Assembly (NCBI GenBank): GCA_034430395.1
Contig: DAOUEQ010000008.1
Location: 7,581 to 71,580, forward strand
DNA from: Anaerolineales bacterium
Lineage (GTDB): Bacteria > Chloroflexota > Anaerolineae > Anaerolineales > E44-bin32
DNA: 64,000 nt
Direction: 5' to 3'
Below, piece by piece: positions 59,544-64,000 of the stretch (positions are counted from its first letter, which is position 1; each line of letters opens with the position of its first letter). The notes beneath the pieces are model-generated. The model did not search any database. It was not told the DNA's origin and was given only the letters and a program-made list of their open reading frames with translations. A program made the position numbers and the translations under genes.

Positions 59544-59621
59544 CATAACCTCCTTACGTGGTTTGTCTCTTCGACAAGATTTTGTTTCACCTCGGATTTT
59601 ATCAAAGAAGAGGTTCAATTA

Positions 59622-59657
59622 ACCTTTCAAGCACCTTACGTAAGGTTGGTGAAAGGT
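59622..59657. promoter_or_regulatory. 36-bp imperfect inverted repeat with a perfect 14-bp palindromic core (candidate operator)
   Basis: ACCTTTCA agc ACCTTACGTAAGGT tgg TGAAAGGT, with the core at 59633-59646. It lies in the divergent region between the SipW operon and gatC. The half-site CCTTACGT recurs at 59552-59559, next to the SD of the secreted-protein gene. Confidence 0.35.
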
Positions 59658-59762
59658 GACCACTTTTTGACCTATGTTCGTGCTCGGGGTTGCAATTCAC
59701 GTGCCGTTGGTTTTATGCTAGGTAAAGCACTAGGCTAATGTTGATGCGCTGGGGCAGATGCT

Positions 59763-59791
59763 TTGACCGCGCTTTGTGCAACGGGTACAAT
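59763..59791 (+). promoter_or_regulatory. gatCA operon promoter
   Basis: TTGACC (59763-59768), N17, TACAAT (59786-59791), about 20-30 nt upstream of the gatC start. Confidence 0.55.
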
Positions 59792-59820
59792 GACCCCATT
59801 CTCGTTTCGTGGAGGTGAAG

Positions 59821-60165
59821 GTGACGACGAAGGCTAAAGGTGAAGTCGCGCAGGCGATTACGGTGGATATTTTCAACCATCTGGTTAACCTCGCCGCGTT
59901 TGAATTGTCACCCGATGAAGGGGAATACCTACGGAAGGAATTAAACGAACAACTTCGGGCGATCCGCGAGTTGGAGGCGATTGAAGTCTCTGAGGAAATC
60001 CCCATCACATCCCACGGCGTCCCATATTCAGCGGCGATCATGCCATCCCTGAGGGAAGATATCATCGAGATATGCCCCGAAGCAGATGACATACTCGACC
60101 AAGCTCCAGAGGTTGAAGAGCGCTACATCGTCGTGCCAGACATCCCCGCCGAGACGCTGGAATGA
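59821..60165 (+). CDS. gatC: Asp/Glu-tRNA amidotransferase subunit C
   Basis: VDIFNHLVNLAAFELSPDE...L...L..I is the GatC pattern. GGAGG (59811-59815) lies 5 nt before GTG 59821; the ORF track starts at GTG 59809. The stop overlaps the gatA ATG. Confidence 0.85.
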   Translation: MTTKAKGEVAQAITVDIFNHLVNLAAFELSPDEGEYLRKELNEQLRAIRELEAIEVSEEIPITSHGVPYSAAIMPSLREDIIEICPEADDILDQAPEVEERYIVVPDIPAETLE

Positions 60166-61760
60166 CGGAACATTTATGTGATCTACCCGCACACGAGCAG
60201 GTTCGACGGATTAAAGGCGGGGAGATCTCGGCTATTGAGCTCTTGAAATCGTCGCTTGAGCGGATCGATGCTGTTGAAGGCCGCCAAGCCACTACTGAAC
60301 CATACACTCCAAATCCCGCCGATTTGGAGAAAGTGCATGCTTTCATTACTGTAACTCGCGAGCGCGCACATGCCCGGGCGGAATCTATCGACCGGAAGAT
60401 CGCCGCGGGCGAAGATCCGGGACCACTGGCTGGCGTGCCTCTGGCCGTGAAGGACAACTTCTGCGTGAGGGACACTCCCTCCACCGCTGGCTCGAAGATC
60501 CTGGAAAATTTCATCGCTCCCTACAGCGCTACACCGGTGATAAATTTAGAGGACGCCGGCGCCGTTGTCGTTGGGAAGGTCAATCTGGATGAATTCACCT
60601 TTGGCTCTTCGAACGAATCAACTGCATTTCTGCCCTCGGTTGGGAACCCGTGGAACCCCGCTTATGTCCCTGGCGGATCCTCGGGAGGCAGCACAGCCGC
60701 GGTTGCCGCAGGTGAAGCGGCAATCTCGCTGGGAACGGACACGGCTGGTTCGATTCGACAGCCGGCGGCATTTTGCGGTGTCGTCGGCATGAAACCGACC
60801 TACGGCCGCGTATCTCGCTATGGGTTGATCGCTTTCGCCTCATCCTTGGATTGCCCGGGTCCTGTCGCCAGGAATGTCACCGATTCAGCCCTGATGATGA
60901 ATGCAATTGCTGGACCCGACCCGCGCGATGCGACTGCTGCGAACGCTCCCGTCCCGGATTACAGCCAGGGCTTGACGGAGGGTGTGAAAGGGTTGCGCAT
61001 CGGTTTATCACCTGATTATTTCAAACTGAAGTACCCCGATCCGGAAACTGGCGATCTTATCGAGCAGCCGATCTCGCCGGAGATCGAGCGTGCTGTCCTG
61101 GCGGCAGCACAGACCTTCGCCGAAATGGGCGCCGAAATCGTCGAAGACATTCCAATGCCCAACACACATTACGGCGTCCCGGTCTATTTCGTGATCTCCC
61201 GTGTCGAGGCGGCCTCTAATTTGCATCGATATGATGGTGTAAAGTACGGTTACCGTTTTCCAGGCGAGGAGGACAATCTCCGCGAGCTTTATAAAATAAC
61301 ACGCGGCCGGGGATTCGGGATACAACCCAAATTACGGATTTTAATGGGGATGTATGTCTCCGCAGAGCAATATGAAAAAGGGTATTACGAGCGCGCTCTG
61401 CGGGTGCGCACGCTAATCCGAGACGATTTTGAGCGCGCCTTCGACCCGGGCGGGCTCTTTAATCTGGATTGCATACTCACGGCGACGACGCCGACAACCG
61501 CATTCAAGCTCGGTGCGGTTTATGGCGATTCGGTGCTCATGCAGTACGCAGACTTATTGACCGTCCCCGCTAATCACGCAGGCATTCCTGGGTTATCGAT
61601 CCCTGCGGGATTTGGAGAGAACGGCTTGCCGATCGGAATCCAACTCCTTGGTCCAGATTTCTCTGAGGCGACGTTGCTTCGCGCGGGTCGTACCTTTGAG
61701 ATAGCAACCGAGGCGGAGGCGTGGCGCGACCTGCGGCCAAAAGCCCTCGAAAGTTTGTAG
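60162..61760 (+). CDS. gatA: Asp/Glu-tRNA amidotransferase subunit A
   Basis: Amidase signature GGSSGGSTAAVAAGEA, plus KDNF and the Ser-cisSer-Lys context. 532 aa. Confidence 0.92.
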   Translation: MTEHLCDLPAHEQVRRIKGGEISAIELLKSSLERIDAVEGRQATTEPYTPNPADLEKVHAFITVTRERAHARAESIDRKIAAGEDPGPLAGVPLAVKDNFCVRDTPSTAGSKILENFIAPYSATPVINLEDAGAVVVGKVNLDEFTFGSSNESTAFLPSVGNPWNPAYVPGGSSGGSTAAVAAGEAAISLGTDTAGSIRQPAAFCGVVGMKPTYGRVSRYGLIAFASSLDCPGPVARNVTDSALMMNAIAGPDPRDATAANAPVPDYSQGLTEGVKGLRIGLSPDYFKLKYPDPETGDLIEQPISPEIERAVLAAAQTFAEMGAEIVEDIPMPNTHYGVPVYFVISRVEAASNLHRYDGVKYGYRFPGEEDNLRELYKITRGRGFGIQPKLRILMGMYVSAEQYEKGYYERALRVRTLIRDDFERAFDPGGLFNLDCILTATTPTTAFKLGAVYGDSVLMQYADLLTVPANHAGIPGLSIPAGFGENGLPIGIQLLGPDFSEATLLRAGRTFEIATEAEAWRDLRPKALESL

Positions 61761-61801
61761 GTTTCATTGAAATTAGTAACTATGAAATGGAGTAAATTCG
61801 C

Positions 61802-63037
61802 ATGGAAAGGATAGAACGCATATTTGGATTTCGTCTTTGGCTCTTAATTCTTCTCCTGCTTGTCACGCCTCTTGCGGCTTGCGGAGGCCTACCCGAGGCG
61901 GTAGTAGATATCCAAGAAACAGAAGCGACCGGGGATGGAGCAGGTGAGGGAAAAGAACTGCAGTGGGATTCCCCTCCCGAGCTCACCATTGATATAGATA
62001 AGGTATATATCGCCACTCTCATAACAGAGAAGGGTGAGGTGAGCGTTGAGTTATTTTCGCAAGATGCTCCGATAACCGTCAATAACTTTATCTTTCTCGC
62101 CGAGCAGGGTTTCTATGATGAAACGACCTTCCATCGAGTATTGCCGGGGTTTATGGCACAAGGTGGAGATCCTACAGGCACTGGCACGGGAGGACCAGGT
62201 TATCAATTCGAGGATGAAATCATCCATGGTGTACCCTTCAACCAGGAAGGATTACTGGCGATGGCGAATGGTGGTCCCGATACCAACGGCAGCCAATTTT
62301 TCATTACCTATGGCGCAGCCTCCCACCTCAATGGTTTGCATACAATCTTTGGGAAGGTCATCGAGGGGATGGATGTTATCAATGCCTTAACGCCACGTGA
62401 TCCGGCGGAAGCTCCGGACTTTCCAGGAGATCGTCTGATCCGCGTGGACATCGAAGTTGTTGAGCACAGTCAGCTGCCCACACCAACACCACTGCCAGAA
62501 GCGGTGATTCCCGTATCTGAGGACGGACGTCCGCTCGCGGAAATCTTGCCTGCGGAGAGGGGAGGGCTTTTCAACCGAATGCCGGAGATGATCATCGATT
62601 TGGACAAGGAGTATACGGCTACAATCGAGACTTCTAAAGGTACGATTCGAGTTGAGTTCGAACCACTTTCAGCTCCGGTGAGCGCGAACAATTTCATCGT
62701 CCTGGCAAATCTTGGGTATTGGGATGGTTTCCCGATCAGCAATGCACAGCCTGGGACCTTCTTCGTGACGGGTTCCCCAGCTAGTCGACCGGATAGTGAT
62801 ATCGGTTATACGCTTCCCTCTGAGAACGGAAGCGTCGCCACCAAGGGCGCGTTTGGATACTGGTTCCGCTCGGATGTGTTGGCTTCCAGTGGCAGCCAGA
62901 TCTTCATCGCCCTTGATGACCTTCCAAGAATGGAGGAGTTCTTCACTATTTTTGGATATGTCACCGATGGACTCGAAGTAGCTGAGGCGCTCACGGTAGA
63001 AGACCAGATTGTCCGTATCACAGTCGATATTAAGTAG
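61802..63037 (+). CDS. lipoprotein with tandem cyclophilin-type peptidyl-prolyl isomerase domains (second domain degenerate)
   Basis: Lipobox LAAC-GG. Domain 1 has FHRVLPGFMAQGGDPTGTGTGGPGYQFEDE. Domain 2 aligns but lacks the FHRV/GGD catalytic motifs. Confidence 0.85.
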   Translation: MERIERIFGFRLWLLILLLLVTPLAACGGLPEAVVDIQETEATGDGAGEGKELQWDSPPELTIDIDKVYIATLITEKGEVSVELFSQDAPITVNNFIFLAEQGFYDETTFHRVLPGFMAQGGDPTGTGTGGPGYQFEDEIIHGVPFNQEGLLAMANGGPDTNGSQFFITYGAASHLNGLHTIFGKVIEGMDVINALTPRDPAEAPDFPGDRLIRVDIEVVEHSQLPTPTPLPEAVIPVSEDGRPLAEILPAERGGLFNRMPEMIIDLDKEYTATIETSKGTIRVEFEPLSAPVSANNFIVLANLGYWDGFPISNAQPGTFFVTGSPASRPDSDIGYTLPSENGSVATKGAFGYWFRSDVLASSGSQIFIALDDLPRMEEFFTIFGYVTDGLEVAEALTVEDQIVRITVDIK

Positions 63038-63068
63038 GGATCATCCTTTGGGGAATGGGGCACCATCG

Positions 63069-64000
63069 ATGTCAGACTACGAAGCCATCATCGGTCTCGA
63101 GACGCACATCCAACTGAATACCAATTCGAAGATTTTCTGCGGGTGTAAAGCGGATTCTTGGGGTGACCCGCCCAACACGAATATCTGCCCGGTTTGCACC
63201 GGACTGCCGGGTGTTCTGCCCATCCTCAATCGAGCTGTTGTGGAGAAGGCGGCGCTGCTGGCGTATGCGATGCACGCCGATTCGATTCAAGCGCGTTCGT
63301 ACTTAGCTCGCAAGAATTACTTCTACCCCGATCTTCCCAAAGGGTATCAGATCAGCCAGTATAACGAACCGCTGGCGTTGGGGGGGTTCATGGATGTGCC
63401 GCTTTCAGAGGGTGACCATCGTCATGTTACGATCACCAAGCTTCATATTGAGGAGGATGCCGGGAAGACGGTCTTGCAAGCGGGACGCAGGTTGATCGAT
63501 TTCAACCGCTGTGGAGTTCCACTGGTTGAGATGGTTACGGGTCCAGATTTGCGGTCGGCTGATGAGGCGGCACAGTATCTCATTCGTTTACGGCAGCTCT
63601 TGCGCTGGTTGGGGATCTCCGAAGCGGATATGGAGCGCGGCCATCTTCGCTGCGATGCCAATGTGTCCATTCGCCTCCAGGGTTCGGATGTGCTCAATCC
63701 AAAGACAGAAACCAAGAACGTAAACTCGATTGAGAATGTGCGCGATGCCATCCAGGCTGAGATTAAGCGCCAGATACGTGAAGCAGAGGCAGGTCGTGCC
63801 ATTGAAGCCTGGACATTGGATTGGGATGAGGACAGCGGGACGCTGCGCAAGATGCGCGTTAAGGAAACCGAGGCAGATTATCGGTATTTCCGTGAACCGG
63901 ATTTACTCCCGATCGAGCTCGATGAGACCTGGCGAGACGAGATTCTATCCGCTCTCCCTGAATTGCCGTTGGAACGAAGGGCGCGTATTGCCAAACAGTT
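63069..64000 (+). CDS. gatB: Asp/Glu-tRNA amidotransferase subunit B (3' end beyond the window)
   Basis: Absent from the ORF track because there is no stop within the window. Manual translation from ATG 63069 gives MSDYEAIIGLETHIQLNTNSKIFCGCK..., followed by PVCTGLPGVLP, the GatB signatures. Confidence 0.9.
   Translation, partial: MSDYEAIIGLETHIQLNTNSKIFCGCKADSWGDPPNTNICPVCTGLPGVLPILNRAVVEKAALLAYAMHADSIQARSYLARKNYFYPDLPKGYQISQYNEPLALGGFMDVPLSEGDHRHVTITKLHIEEDAGKTVLQAGRRLIDFNRCGVPLVEMVTGPDLRSADEAAQYLIRLRQLLRWLGISEADMERGHLRCDANVSIRLQGSDVLNPKTETKNVNSIENVRDAIQAEIKRQIREAEAGRAIEAWTLDWDEDSGTLRKMRVKETEADYRYFREPDLLPIELDETWRDEILSALPELPLERRARIAKQ

Overview
This is a gene-dense, mostly housekeeping 64-kb bacterial chromosomal window. 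I call 56 CDS (hutU and gatB are cut by the window ends), 3 tRNAs, and a set of promoters, terminators and operators called from consensus and hairpins only. I saw no rRNA, CRISPR array, transposase, integrase or phage gene.

Gene content suggests a monoderm, Chloroflexota-like organism: an Elp3 homologue, PMT/ArnT-type GT-C glycosyltransferases, a SipW-type signal peptidase, GatCAB, GGAGG-led starts, and no outer-membrane genes. That is inference only.

Blocks, left to right:
- hutU
- Rrf2 regulator plus nitroreductase
- ugd, M16, M16, acpS and a hotdog thioesterase
- rpsB-tsf-pyrH-frr-uppS-cdsA-glpX
- rho and two LysM/M23 peptidases
- CoA-transferase subunits A and B
- a methyltransferase
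- a tRNA Ser(UGA)-Ser(GCU)-Arg(GCG) operon
- a divergent Trm9-like methyltransferase / Elp3 pair
- a cyclophilin-like protein and a DUF123 protein
- an ABC exporter
- ECF sigma, anti-sigma and a beta-helix membrane protein
- a GH31 glucosidase
- dnaE-pfkA
- a PflX-like radical SAM enzyme
- a large minus-strand propionyl-CoA carboxylase / epimerase / acyl-CoA mutase cluster, interrupted by a duplicated membrane module fused to YbaK
- two GT-C glycosyltransferases
- an acyl-CoA dehydrogenase
- a SipW-type peptidase operon with two cognate secreted proteins
- gatC-gatA-(cyclophilin lipoprotein)-gatB

The most interesting items:
1. The SipW-fusion secretion or fibre module.
2. The Elp3 / Trm9-like tRNA U34 modification pair beside a U34 tRNA operon.
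3. Two acyl-CoA mutase catalytic paralogues. One has non-canonical specificity residues, and no B12-binding subunit is in view.
4. A membrane-tethered YbaK deacylase created by tandem duplication.

All calls come from reading the sequence and the ORF track. No searches or folding computations were run.
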